This document shows positions 1 through 9,661 of a stretch of 61,578 bases of DNA, in pieces; the first letter of the stretch is position 1, and every line of letters begins with the position of its first letter. The stretch spans positions 1 through 61,578 of the forward strand of contig JBBIUB010000009.1 in the NCBI GenBank assembly GCA_037440465.1. Reading direction: 5' to 3'. Position numbers and translations under genes: made by a program. Source of the stretch: Coprothermobacterota bacterium. GTDB taxonomy: Bacteria > Coprothermobacterota > HKB111. The notes below the pieces were generated by a model that saw only the letters and a program-made list of their open reading frames with translations, searched no databases and was not told the origin of the DNA.

Positions 1-157
1 AAAAGGACATAGATACCTACAGAAAGGTCTATAGAAGAATAGATTTACAGAAGAGGTTTATGCTCCAATATAGTGAACCAGCGATTAAAGCAATTGGGAA
101 ACTTTTCTTTATAATCATGGTATTTAAGGTACAGGACACTAGCTAATCAGGTCTTTT

Positions 158-916
158 TTAAAGGACCAATTGCTCCAGATTAAAGTAACCCTCCCGCCTG
201 TAAGGTTCAGCGAGAACATATTTACTATTGTGACCTTGTAATCCATAATTTATATGTAATGATTTATTCATCTCTCTTTGTAAAGCTCTACCAACTAATA
301 GATCATCATCTAAAGATGGTAGTTGAGGAATAACGGCCATTAAATCTTCTTTTGAGAATTTGTTCTTCATAAGCTGGGCAGTAAAAGTTAACTGACCTTT
401 TAGCTCTTCTGAAGCTTTTTCCTTTACCACCCATTCAGTTGAAATATCAACAATACAATTAGGATGTTCCGGTACCATATAGTAAATAGTTGGGATAGGA
501 AGAGGAGAAAGTTCTCGCATCTTTTCAAGGGCAAAATCCCGGGAAGCTAAAGCCAGAGCTTCCAGATAAAGAATCATTGCCAACCTTCTATCCGGGTCTA
601 AATCAGTAAACGAATGAATTGGGTCTTGAGTTATCACTATATCAGGTCTGATCTTACGAAGAACTCTAACTAGTTTTTCTTTAGATTCTACATCAGGAGT
701 AACATGACCGTATTTAAAATCCAGAAAAAGCACTTCTACACCTAAAATATCAGCTGCTATCTTAATGTGAGGTCGATACTCAGGCTTAGAAAGAAGAACT
801 GCAGCATAGGACTTTCCTCCAGCTTGAACATTCTTAACTAAGGTACCACCACAAAAGTCCACAAATTCCCTTGCAAAAGTAGCTAACACTAAAATAGTTT
901 TACCAGTATTATTCAT
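158..916 (-). CDS. PIG-L/LmbE-fold deacetylase/hydratase-like protein with degenerate metal-binding motifs
   Basis: CGGTL, A..LG...FLDF and IRPDIVIT match the PIG-L fold, but AHPDD and HPDH are replaced by TFARE and DPDR; SD GGAGG upstream. Confidence 0.6.
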   Translation of the reverse strand: MNNTGKTILVLATFAREFVDFCGGTLVKNVQAGGKSYAAVLLSKPEYRPHIKIAADILGVEVLFLDFKYGHVTPDVESKEKLVRVLRKIRPDIVITQDPIHSFTDLDPDRRLAMILYLEALALASRDFALEKMRELSPLPIPTIYYMVPEHPNCIVDISTEWVVKEKASEELKGQLTFTAQLMKNKFSKEDLMAVIPQLPSLDDDLLVGRALQREMNKSLHINYGLQGHNSKYVLAEPYRREGYFNLEQLVL

Positions 917-925
917 AAAATCCTC

Positions 926-1567
926 CTATAAACCTAAAAACTTAACCGCTATGCCCGACAGAAATATTACTGCTCCAGCCATGGCATGAGCGTATTTTTC
1001 CAGCTTTCCAAAAGGTAAAAAAGACACTCCCCAGGAAGCCAGAAGAACAGTTCCCATCATAGTAACAATTGTTGTTATACTGAATATTATGGCGACAAGC
1101 ACAGCTCCCATTAAACTACCCTTAGCAGCAGGGTAAATTAGAAGTGGAATTAAAGGCTCACAAGGACCTAATACGAATATTAAGAAAAGAATCCAGGGAG
1201 TCATATTAATAGTCTTCCCACTATCATAAGCAGGAGTCCTGCTTTTTAATGCCTGACGAATACCCCAGATAAAATATACTAAACCAAAGGCAAGAAGAAT
1301 CCAACCTGCCCATTCACCTCGTGTGGATTCTATCCCTTCAAGTTTTGTAAGAGCAACTCCGAGAGCAATACCAGCCATACCAAGAAGCACAGAGCTTAAA
1401 ACATGTCCCAGGCCGCAGAGAAAAGTAATCACCATAGTTTTAAGGGTAGACCACTTCTCGGCCCTGCTTAACACAATGAAGGGTAAATAATGGTCAGGAC
1501 CAAGTAAAACATGAATAAACCCAATTGATAAAGCAGTAAGCATTAGAACAGACAATTCAGTAGTCAT
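926..1567 (-). CDS. Nickel/cobalt permease-like membrane protein (UreH/NiCoT-related)
   Basis: HVLLGPDHY, GLGHVLSS, GPCEPL and H..AG motifs; multiple hydrophobic helices. Confidence 0.75.
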   Translation of the reverse strand: MTTELSVLMLTALSIGFIHVLLGPDHYLPFIVLSRAEKWSTLKTMVITFLCGLGHVLSSVLLGMAGIALGVALTKLEGIESTRGEWAGWILLAFGLVYFIWGIRQALKSRTPAYDSGKTINMTPWILFLIFVLGPCEPLIPLLIYPAAKGSLMGAVLVAIIFSITTIVTMMGTVLLASWGVSFLPFGKLEKYAHAMAGAVIFLSGIAVKFLGL

Positions 1568-1631
1568 TTATTTTTTCCTCCTACAAAAATATTTATTATT
1601 ATTAGGCATATGTTTCTTCACAATATGTATT

Positions 1632-1658
1632 GTAGCACGAATTTCAAATATGTGTTAC
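1632..1658. promoter_or_regulatory. Candidate NikR operator
   Basis: Imperfect palindrome GTAGCAC-N13-GTGTTAC directly upstream of the Ni permease gene; nikR lies nearby. Confidence 0.6.
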
Positions 1659-1786
1659 TATACAATATGCTATAATTAAAACAAAAGTTCACAGTAGTAC
1701 CAGTCTTTTTAAGATGGTACATATAATATCCAGTGGCCATTGATTTAGAAGAACGCTAATTAAAAAATGTAGGAGGTAGGGAACGC

Positions 1787-2776
1787 ATGAATTTTAGGAG
1801 GGTCCCCATAGAATTTCCTTCGATGGAGGCCATTCATGGACTTTATGATTCCGTCTTAGATGGTTCTTGTGTGGTTGACAGCCAGGGATGTTTTAAGGCA
1901 ATCAGCCCTACTTACTGTACTCTTATCGGCTATCAACGTGAGGAACTTCTCACTATGTCTATTTGGGATTTGGGGGTTATAAACACAGGAGAAAAAAGTA
2001 TAAATCTGGAAGAAATAATATCCTCAGGCAAAACCTTCATCGAAATTACCAAAAGGCGTAAAGACGGTAAACTTGTTAAGGCTGAAGTTGACATTACACC
2101 TCTAAAAACAAAAGACGAACAGCTGTTTCTTATTTTTGTTCGTAACATTACAAACAGGAAGCAGAAAGAAAAAAAGGTTAAACAGAATTTTGCAAAGCTT
2201 CGCAGTGCTCTGGAGGGTGTTGTTCAAGCTCTCTCATCCACCATTGAAATAAGAGACCCTTACATAAAAGAACACCAGCAGCGGGTCACCAAACTGGCCT
2301 GTGCTATAGCGAAAGAGTTTCTTCTCCCAGAGGAGGACATTGAGGAAATCAACTTAGCGGGTGCTCTTCATGACATAGGTAGAATAAATGTACCCATTGA
2401 AATTACGAGCAAGCCAAATCCAATCCAGGAACATGAGTTTGATATGGTAAAATCTCATGTTCAGGTCAGTTATTCCATCCTGTCTAAAATAGAATATTTA
2501 TCCTCGGTTGCTCAAATAATACTCCAGCACCATGAAAGATTGGATGGCTCCGGTTACCCAGCAGGCATCAAAGGTGATGAGATTATCCTTCCAGCCAGGA
2601 TCTTAGCTGTAGCTGATGTGGTTGAGGCCATGATCTCCAGAAGACCTTACAGGCAGGCTCACACCATAAAAGAAACACTTGAGGAGATCTCCAGAAAAAA
2701 GGGTGTCTTTTACGACTCCAGGGTAGTAGATGCCTGTATCAAACTTTTCACTGAGAAGGGATTTAACCTGGATTAA
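1787..2776 (+). CDS. PAS + HD-GYP cyclic-dinucleotide phosphodiesterase
   Basis: N-terminal PAS; RDPY, HDIG, HHERLDGSGYP and RPYR motifs. Confidence 0.9.
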   Translation: MNFRRVPIEFPSMEAIHGLYDSVLDGSCVVDSQGCFKAISPTYCTLIGYQREELLTMSIWDLGVINTGEKSINLEEIISSGKTFIEITKRRKDGKLVKAEVDITPLKTKDEQLFLIFVRNITNRKQKEKKVKQNFAKLRSALEGVVQALSSTIEIRDPYIKEHQQRVTKLACAIAKEFLLPEEDIEEINLAGALHDIGRINVPIEITSKPNPIQEHEFDMVKSHVQVSYSILSKIEYLSSVAQIILQHHERLDGSGYPAGIKGDEIILPARILAVADVVEAMISRRPYRQAHTIKETLEEISRKKGVFYDSRVVDACIKLFTEKGFNLD

Positions 2777-2814
2777 GAGTCAGGGACACAGAAAGGTTAT
2801 AAAAACATACCACT

Positions 2815-4068
2815 ATGGTAGCTTTTACCTATAAAAACGGTGAACTTTACTGCGAAGAGACCCCGGTTAAAGAAATAGCCTTTGCTGTAGGAACTCCTCT
2901 TTATATTTACAGCACAAGGACAATAGAGTTTAACTACAGGCTATTCACCACCGCCCTCCAATATTTTCCCTATCTCATTTGTTTCTCAGTTAAGTCTAAC
3001 TCAAATTTAGCCATCCTTAAGCTTCTTTTAAATATAGGTGCAGGTTTTGATATAGTATCAGGTGGTGAGCTTTTTAGGATTTTGAGAATTGGCACTCCAC
3101 CTGAGAGGATTGTATATTCAGGTGTTGGAAAAACGGAGGAAGAATTAAGGTTAGCTTTAGAAGTTGGAATCCTTCTTTTCAATGTGGAATCTGAAGGAGA
3201 GCTTTTACTTCTTAATAATATCGGAGAAAAAATCAGAAAAAGGGCACCTGTGGCTATAAGGGTAAACCCTGATGTAGACCCGAAAACCCACCTCTATATT
3301 ACTACGGGGCTTAAAGAAAATAAATTTGGAGTAGATATGAAGGAAGCATTGAGCCTGTACCGCAAGGCTGTAACTCTTCCTTACATAGAAATTAAAGGTA
3401 TTGACTGCCATATTGGGTCACAGATAACAGAGGTAGAACCTTTTCAGTCTGCCCTAAAAAAACTTTTAGAGATGGTAAAAACCCTTAAAGATGAAGGAAT
3501 ATTTTTAAGCTATTTGGACCTGGGCGGTGGTCTTGGTATAAGTTACACAGGAGAAACAACTCCCTCACCCAAGGAATTGGGAGAAAGTATTATAAGAGAA
3601 CTACAGGATTTACAGGACCTGACTTTTATCATAGAACCAGGACGATCAATTGTAGGTAATACAGGAATTCTGGTTAGTAAAGTTCTTTACATAAAAGAAA
3701 AAGAAGGGAAAAATTTTCTAATAGTAGATACAGCCATGAATGACCTTTTAAGACCCAGTTTGTATGGAGCTTACCATGAGATACAACCTGTGGAACTGAA
3801 AAATTATGGAGAGTTTATAGCTGATGTAGTTGGTCCAGTATGTGAATCAGGGGATTTTTTAGCTAAAAACAGGCTAATTCAGAAAATAACTCCAGGAGAC
3901 CTCATAGCAGTGATGGATGCTGGTGCGTACGGTATTACCATGTCATCTAATTATAACAGTAGACCCAGGGTAGCAGAGGTTCTGGTAAAGGATAATAAGT
4001 TTTGGGTGATAAGAGAAAGAGAAACCTTTGAAGATTTAATAAAAGGAGAGAATATTCCAGATTTCTAA
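2815..4068 (+). CDS. lysA: Diaminopimelate decarboxylase
   Basis: SVKSN PLP lysine, HIGSQ, EPGRS, GPVCESGD, SNYNSRPR. Confidence 0.95.
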   Translation: MVAFTYKNGELYCEETPVKEIAFAVGTPLYIYSTRTIEFNYRLFTTALQYFPYLICFSVKSNSNLAILKLLLNIGAGFDIVSGGELFRILRIGTPPERIVYSGVGKTEEELRLALEVGILLFNVESEGELLLLNNIGEKIRKRAPVAIRVNPDVDPKTHLYITTGLKENKFGVDMKEALSLYRKAVTLPYIEIKGIDCHIGSQITEVEPFQSALKKLLEMVKTLKDEGIFLSYLDLGGGLGISYTGETTPSPKELGESIIRELQDLQDLTFIIEPGRSIVGNTGILVSKVLYIKEKEGKNFLIVDTAMNDLLRPSLYGAYHEIQPVELKNYGEFIADVVGPVCESGDFLAKNRLIQKITPGDLIAVMDAGAYGITMSSNYNSRPRVAEVLVKDNKFWVIRERETFEDLIKGENIPDF

Positions 4069-4069
4069 T

Positions 4070-4483
4070 TCAACCAATCCCACCTGTAGTGGTCATAGTA
4101 AAAGAGCTATGATGCAAACCCCTTACTGAATTTAAAGCATCTCCTAATTTCTTTACTTCAGCAGATTTTCCTCTAACTATCACTACTTCCAGACAGCTCT
4201 CCTGGTCCAGATGGATGTGTTGGGTGGAGACGATAAGAGAATAATGGCGATGGGAAATATCCTTCAATCTGGATGCCAGTGTTAGATGATGATGGTCGTA
4301 AACCAGGGTTATCACTCCCACAACCTCTTCTCCTTCCTCCCATTCTTTTTTAACCAGAACTTCCTTAAGAAGAGCCCGAATTGCTTCTGAACGATTAGGA
4401 AAGCCCTTCTCCTTAAGATATGTATCAAAACTATCCAGGAGATTCTTCTCCAAAGATACTCCAAAGCGAATTAATTTTGACAT
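4070..4483 (-). CDS. nikR: Nickel-responsive regulator
   Basis: RFGVSL..NRSEAIR ribbon-helix-helix; YDHH, HIHLD..CLE nickel site. Confidence 0.93.
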   Translation of the reverse strand: MSKLIRFGVSLEKNLLDSFDTYLKEKGFPNRSEAIRALLKEVLVKKEWEEGEEVVGVITLVYDHHHLTLASRLKDISHRHYSLIVSTQHIHLDQESCLEVVIVRGKSAEVKKLGDALNSVRGLHHSSFTMTTTGGIG

Positions 4484-4574
4484 AATTTATATTCTCCTTC
4501 TCTTTAGTTTCTGTTAAGATTATATCAGGTATGGAAATAAGGAAATCACCTTTAAATATTTAGGGAGGTTTATC

Positions 4575-5465
4575 TTGATAGAAACATTACTGTTACTCAT
4601 AACCTTTCTTCTTTTGGTACTTATTGGTTTGGTGTTTTTTCTTATATCCAGAAGCAAAAAGACCGAGCCAAATGAACTTAAAGGAGTTTTATCTACTGTT
4701 TGGACAGAGCTCGGTCTTGGTGAAAAGATTGGAACCCTGTCAAAGCAAGCCGAAGAAATGCAGAAAAACTATCGTTCTTTTGAACAGATGCTCCGGATTC
4801 CCACTGAAAGAGGCTACTTCGGGGAGTTAGGTCTGGAGACTATTCTCAAAGACCAACTCCCCCCTGAGATGTTTGATATGAGAATCCAGGTGCTGGATGG
4901 GAAAACACCTGATGCTCATATCAGATCCACGGTCGGTCTAATATGTGTGGACTCAAAATTTCCTTTAGATAATTATCAAAAGATGCTTGAGTTAAGAGAT
5001 CCTGAGGAAAAGAAGAGTTATAAAAATCTGTTTCGTCGAGATATTGAAATTCATCTCTCTAAAATTGCCAAAGATTACGTATGTCCAGAAAAAGGCTCCG
5101 CTGAGTTTGCCTTTGCCTACATACCTGTGGAGTCTGTAGCGTATTATCTTTTGACTGAGGAATCAGAAACTCTTCAGAAATACATTAGAAAAGGAGTGCA
5201 AGTAGTTTCACCCCTTACTCTCTCTCAGAGGATTGAACTTATAAAATCAGGAGTAACAGCACAGAAGCTATCAGAGAATGCCCAGAAAGTACAAAATGAG
5301 GTCAATAAAATCGCCAATGGGTTTAAAAAGGTCGATGAAAGCTGGAAAATACTTTATGATAGTCATATTAAAAACCTGAGTAGAAAGGCTGATGAATTAG
5401 ACGAAGCTTACAAAAAGCTTAGAGATGAGTTTAATAACATTCGGAAGGGAGACCTCACCGAATAA
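4575..5465 (+). CDS. rmuC: RmuC-family DNA recombination protein
   Basis: N-terminal TM helix; RGYFGE, PD, VDSKFPL and VVSP motifs. Confidence 0.85.
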   Translation: MIETLLLLITFLLLVLIGLVFFLISRSKKTEPNELKGVLSTVWTELGLGEKIGTLSKQAEEMQKNYRSFEQMLRIPTERGYFGELGLETILKDQLPPEMFDMRIQVLDGKTPDAHIRSTVGLICVDSKFPLDNYQKMLELRDPEEKKSYKNLFRRDIEIHLSKIAKDYVCPEKGSAEFAFAYIPVESVAYYLLTEESETLQKYIRKGVQVVSPLTLSQRIELIKSGVTAQKLSENAQKVQNEVNKIANGFKKVDESWKILYDSHIKNLSRKADELDEAYKKLRDEFNNIRKGDLTE

Positions 5466-5492
5466 CTGGGGCATAACTGGGGGCCAAAAACC

Positions 5493-5561
5493 GGGGTCAG
5501 GCTTGACAATCTATACTTTCGTATAACTGACTGGGGTCAGGCTTGACAATCTATACTTTCG
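5493..5561 (+). repeat. Tandem duplicated 29-nt left end of the RAYT locus
   Basis: GGGGTCAGGCTTGACAATCTATACTTTCG at 5493-5521 and 5533-5561; the second copy overlaps the transposase stop codon. Confidence 0.95.
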
Positions 5562-6511
5562 ATCTCCCGTATTAGTTCTTCAATTTCGGTTGCTAATCTT
5601 CTATTGATAGCCATGGCTTTGGTAATTAAGAATACTCTTTTCGTGATAGCAGAGATGCTTATACCTAAAAAACTGGCTATATCCTTCACCTGATATCCCG
5701 AATATATGCGGGCAATATAAATAAACAAATCCCTACATAAAACCAGTTTACTTGCTTTCATATTTGTTTTTATTAAGGTTGTTGGTATATTTTTCTTTTT
5801 ACAAACTTTGTCTAAAATCACATCCAGACTTAACTTTGTAGTTTTATTCACAATATAGACATTATCCTCACCGAGTTTCTTCTCTTCTTCTGAAAGAATC
5901 TTATCAATAAAATCCTTTTCACCTAATATCTGTCTTTCAACTTGATAAAAACTCTCCTGATGACCGAGAGAAAGCCCATTGTAGAGATACCTTTTAAATT
6001 GTTCTCTTGCAACTTTTGGATTTTCACTAAATTGACTCAGTACCATGTAAGTATCAACCAGGCCACTATCTTTATCATAATAATAATTTCGAAAACTTGA
6101 CCAAAGGTATTCATCTAATTTAGAAATTCCTGAACGGACAGGATTTAGGTGGATATAACGTATCAATTCTAAAAGGTAGGCATCTTTCTGGCAAAGTAAA
6201 GCTTTATACCTTCCTTGGAATAAATGTCCTCCCTTTTTATATTTCATATTAAAAAATTGTGTGTAACTCTGCTGAATACCCTGCATTATCTTTGAAAGAG
6301 GAGTTTCGGAGCTTTCAATTAGCAAGTGAACATGATTGGACATGAGCGCATATGAATAAAGTTTAAAAAGGTACCTTTTCTTATATTGAGCCAGAAGAGA
6401 TTTATATTTTTGATAATCACTATCAGAGAGAAAGATGTTATCGTTCCTATTCCCACGGGCAATCACATGGTATAAAGCTCCAGGAAATTCTATTCTCGGA
6501 TTACGGGCCAT
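5537..6511 (-). mobile_element. REP-associated tyrosine (HUH/Y1) transposase with C-terminal DnaA-C-like HTH
   Basis: YHVIARGN, LMSNHVHLL (HUH), GHLFQGRY, YIHLNPVR and WSS motifs; C-terminal HTH-like extension. Confidence 0.9.
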
Positions 6512-6545
6512 GTTAGTATATTATCAGAAATGTGATGAATGTCAA
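6512..6545 (-). promoter_or_regulatory. Putative leaderless promoter of the transposase
   Basis: TTGACA (inside the repeat) - 16 nt - TAATAT preceded by TG, 6 nt before the ATG; no SD. Confidence 0.5.
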
Positions 6546-6591
6546 GCCTGACCCCAATATCAATATGTGATGAATGTCAAGCCTGACCCCA
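6530..6591 (-). repeat. Tandem duplicated 27-nt right end of the RAYT locus, inverted relative to the left end
   Basis: ATGTGATGAATGTCAAGCCTGACCCCA at 6530-6556 and 6565-6591. Confidence 0.95.
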
Positions 6592-7692
6592 GCAGGCGAC
6601 TTTGTGGCCCTCTATAACCTCCATGAGTTGAGGTTGTTTATCATGACACAGAGAAGTTGATTGATAGCAACGGGGGTGAAATCGACAACCCGATATCGGG
6701 TACTGAGGGTCAGGAATCTCTCCGGGTATAGGTTTCAAGTCAACATCTATATCAATCCTGGGTATGCTGGAAATCAAACCACGGGTATAAGGATGGAGAG
6801 GATTGTGAAAAATATCTCTCACAGAACCCGTCTCCATTATCCTGCCAGTATATATTACAGATACATTATCTGACATCTCCGCAATCACACCCAGATTATG
6901 AGTTATGAGGAGCATGGAAAGATTAAATTCCTTTTTCAAAACTTTTAACAATTCCATAACCCTTCTTTGCACTGTGGTATCCAGGGAAGCCAGTGGTTCG
7001 TCGGCTATTAATAGATATGGATTAGTTATGAGAGCCATAGAGATCATTATTCGTTGCCCTTCACCCTGGCTAAATTCTTTTGGGAGACGGGTGTATCTCT
7101 TCTTTGCTTCAGGGATTTCCACCTTACCAAGATAATCCAGAACTAGTTCTCTTATCCGTTTGACATTAATATCATCGTGAATCTCAAGAGGTTCACCAGT
7201 CTGCCAACCTACAATCATTAAAGGGTTTAAAGATGGTATAGGGTTTTGCCATATAGCAGAAATCTCTTTTCCTCTTATTTTATTCAGACTCTCTTCAGGA
7301 ATTTTCAAGAGATCAATGCCATTATAAAGAATCTCTCCTCTTACTTCCCATTCCTTACGGTTAATTTTCTTAAAGGTTTTTGAACTCAAGAATGATATTA
7401 ATGACTTCTTCATCAATTGTTCTCTCGCTCCAGGAGAAACAGGAAAACCAATTTCATCACGAAATACTTTTCTATTTTCCTCAAAAGTTGGAAAGTTAAA
7501 TCTCTGGATAGGTGGCAACAAACGCATCAACGCTTGTGCTAAGACAGACTTTCCAGAACCCGATTCACCCATCAACCCATGGGTGGTTCCCTTTTCTATC
7601 TTGAAATTAACCCCATCTACTATACTAATCTCTTTATCTTCTTCGTTAATATAATTAACATGCAAGTTTTTTACTTCAAGGATAACACTCAT
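6577..7692 (-). CDS. Oligopeptide/dipeptide-type ABC ATPase (OppD/DppD-like) with an internal insertion
   Basis: GESGSGKS, LIADEP, HPYT and C-terminal GCRFHPRC..VAC. Confidence 0.85.
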   Translation of the reverse strand: MSVILEVKNLHVNYINEEDKEISIVDGVNFKIEKGTTHGLMGESGSGKSVLAQALMRLLPPIQRFNFPTFEENRKVFRDEIGFPVSPGAREQLMKKSLISFLSSKTFKKINRKEWEVRGEILYNGIDLLKIPEESLNKIRGKEISAIWQNPIPSLNPLMIVGWQTGEPLEIHDDINVKRIRELVLDYLGKVEIPEAKKRYTRLPKEFSQGEGQRIMISMALITNPYLLIADEPLASLDTTVQRRVMELLKVLKKEFNLSMLLITHNLGVIAEMSDNVSVIYTGRIMETGSVRDIFHNPLHPYTRGLISSIPRIDIDVDLKPIPGEIPDPQYPISGCRFHPRCYQSTSLCHDKQPQLMEVIEGHKVACWGQA

Positions 7693-8135
7693 TACTTATT
7701 AGAACCTTCTCTATATTTCTTAATTTTTTCCTCAAGATAACGGAAGGTAAAAATAAGGGTGATGGCTAAAAAAGTGGAACTTAGAGCCAAGGCATAAAGA
7801 CCCAGACCAACTGTACCACCAACTGCAGCACATACCCATGCTACTGCTGCTGTGGTCAACCCTTCAATCTTTTCCCCTCTTACCATTATCATACCTGCAC
7901 CCAGAAATCCCACCCCTACTATTATCTGTCCGAAAACCCGAGAAATGTCAAAATCAAGATAAGATTCAAATGCTACTAAACTTGACACGATAAAAAGACA
8001 CGAACCCAAGCTTATTAATGAAAGTGTTTTAAGACCAGCAGTCTTCTGTGTCCATTCTCTTTCCAACCCTATTAACGCTCCTAATAAAGCAGCTAAGAAT
8101 AATCGGAAAAACACGGTAATAAAAGGATAATCCAT
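7692..8135 (-). CDS. MgtC/SapB family membrane protein
   Basis: GALIGLERE, AGLKT, GVGFLGAG and GLTTAA motifs. Confidence 0.88.
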   Translation of the reverse strand: MDYPFITVFFRLFLAALLGALIGLEREWTQKTAGLKTLSLISLGSCLFIVSSLVAFESYLDFDISRVFGQIIVGVGFLGAGMIMVRGEKIEGLTTAAVAWVCAAVGGTVGLGLYALALSSTFLAITLIFTFRYLEEKIKKYREGSNK

Positions 8136-8138
8136 ACC

Positions 8139-9476
8139 TTACTCCTCCTTTCCTTCTTTAAATCTCTCTCCCTCTATCGTTTCCGGATATATTACCTTCT
8201 TGATATCTCTTCTTGGTCTATAGTATATCCTGCCTGTTAGCTCAGGTGGCAAGTCTTCCTGGTCCACCCGGTGTAAAGGAAAATTATGAGCATACTTGTA
8301 GTCCTTCCCATAGCCCAGTTCTCTCATGAGATTGGTCACTGCATTACGAAGATGGAAAGGTACTGGTAGATTTCCAAACTCTCTCACATCTCTTATAGCT
8401 TCAAATAAACCTTTATAAGAAGCATTATCCTTTGGAGCTGAAGCCAGATAAGTAACTCCCTGAGCGAGATTAATCTGAGCTTCAGGCATACCCACATGTT
8501 CCACAGCCCAGGAAACAGCATGAGCTACCAACAAAGCTCTCGGGTCTGCATTTCCTATGTCCTCAGAAGCAAATATAAGCATTCTCCTTGCAATAAAACG
8601 AGGGTCTTCTCCTGATTCCAACATCCGAGCCAACCAGTAGAGGGCGGCATCAGGGTTGGAATCTCTCATAGATTTTATGAAGGCTGAGATTGTATTGTAG
8701 TGCTCTTCACCTTTTTTGTCGTAACGAAGTGCCTTCTTTTGAAGAGCATCTGCTACTATATTTTCATCTATAAACCTCATACCTTCCGAGTCTGCAGGAG
8801 TGTTTAAAACTATGAATTCCAGAGCATTAAGTCCCACTCTCGCATCACCATTAGCAAAATTTACAAGTACCTTGAAACCTTTAGGTGTAAAGGTAACAGA
8901 ATAATCTCCCAGGCCTTTTTCCTTATCTCTTAGGGCCCTTAGAAGGATGTTTTCCATCTCTTCATCTCTAAGGGTCCTTAGAACCAGGACCATGGAGCGC
9001 GATAAAAGCGGAGATATTATTTCAAAAGAGGGATTCTCGGTGGTTGCCCCTACCACAATTATGGTGCCATTCTCTATAAAAGGCAGAAAAGCATCCTGTT
9101 GAGCCTTGTTAAAACGGTGTATTTCATCAACAAAGAGGATGGTCTTCTGTTTATGAAGCTTACGCCTTTCTTTAGCCTTTTTTATAAATTCTCTGAGCTC
9201 TGGAACACCGCTTGTTACAGCAGAGAAAGGTTGAAAAAATGCTTTTGTTTTATTGGCAATAATATATGCAAGGGTTGTCTTTCCAGAACCAGGTGGACCC
9301 CAGAGAATTACTGATTGAAGCTCGTCTCTTTCTATTGCTCTGCGAAGGGGTTTTCCCTCTCCCACTATCTCTTCCTGACCTACAAATTCATCAAAATCCC
9401 TGGGTCTTATCCTATCAGCCAGAGGAGCTTCTTTTTCCATGGTCTCTTTTAAACTCTGGTCAAATAAATCACTCAT
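8139..9476 (-). CDS. rarA: Replication-associated recombination AAA+ ATPase (RarA/MgsA)
   Basis: PLADRIRP, GPPGSGKT, DEIHRFNKAQQD, ATTENP, SEDIGNADP. Confidence 0.95.
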   Translation of the reverse strand: MSDLFDQSLKETMEKEAPLADRIRPRDFDEFVGQEEIVGEGKPLRRAIERDELQSVILWGPPGSGKTTLAYIIANKTKAFFQPFSAVTSGVPELREFIKKAKERRKLHKQKTILFVDEIHRFNKAQQDAFLPFIENGTIIVVGATTENPSFEIISPLLSRSMVLVLRTLRDEEMENILLRALRDKEKGLGDYSVTFTPKGFKVLVNFANGDARVGLNALEFIVLNTPADSEGMRFIDENIVADALQKKALRYDKKGEEHYNTISAFIKSMRDSNPDAALYWLARMLESGEDPRFIARRMLIFASEDIGNADPRALLVAHAVSWAVEHVGMPEAQINLAQGVTYLASAPKDNASYKGLFEAIRDVREFGNLPVPFHLRNAVTNLMRELGYGKDYKYAHNFPLHRVDQEDLPPELTGRIYYRPRRDIKKVIYPETIEGERFKEGKEE

Positions 9477-9523
9477 TTTTTTCGATTCCTTCTTAAAAAT
9501 AATAGCACAGAATATTAAAATGA

Positions 9524-9641
9524 GAAATCCTGAAATGACCCGTGAAACTACCCTGATCCTGAATCAAGTTCAGGGAAACAAAGGGCATGGTTTTGGGTAT
9601 GATTCAGCATGCTCCTTCTTATCCCCCTTTAGAAAAGGGGG
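9524..9641. repeat. Nested CTGAA..TTCAG REP-like palindrome plus a CCCCCTTT..AAGGGGG hairpin
   Basis: ATCCTGAATCAAGTTCAGGG core lies inside outer CTGAAAT..TTCAGCATG arms. Confidence 0.7.
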
Positions 9642-9661
9642 AAATAAAAAAGAAAATATTT

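Noticed and set aside
1..146. Open + strand frame at the window edge
   Set aside because: No recognisable motif and truncated by the window, so it cannot be assigned
5462..5561. Repeat-spacer-like pattern suggesting a mini CRISPR array
   Set aside because: Only two copies with an 11-nt gap, no cas genes, and explained by the transposase ends
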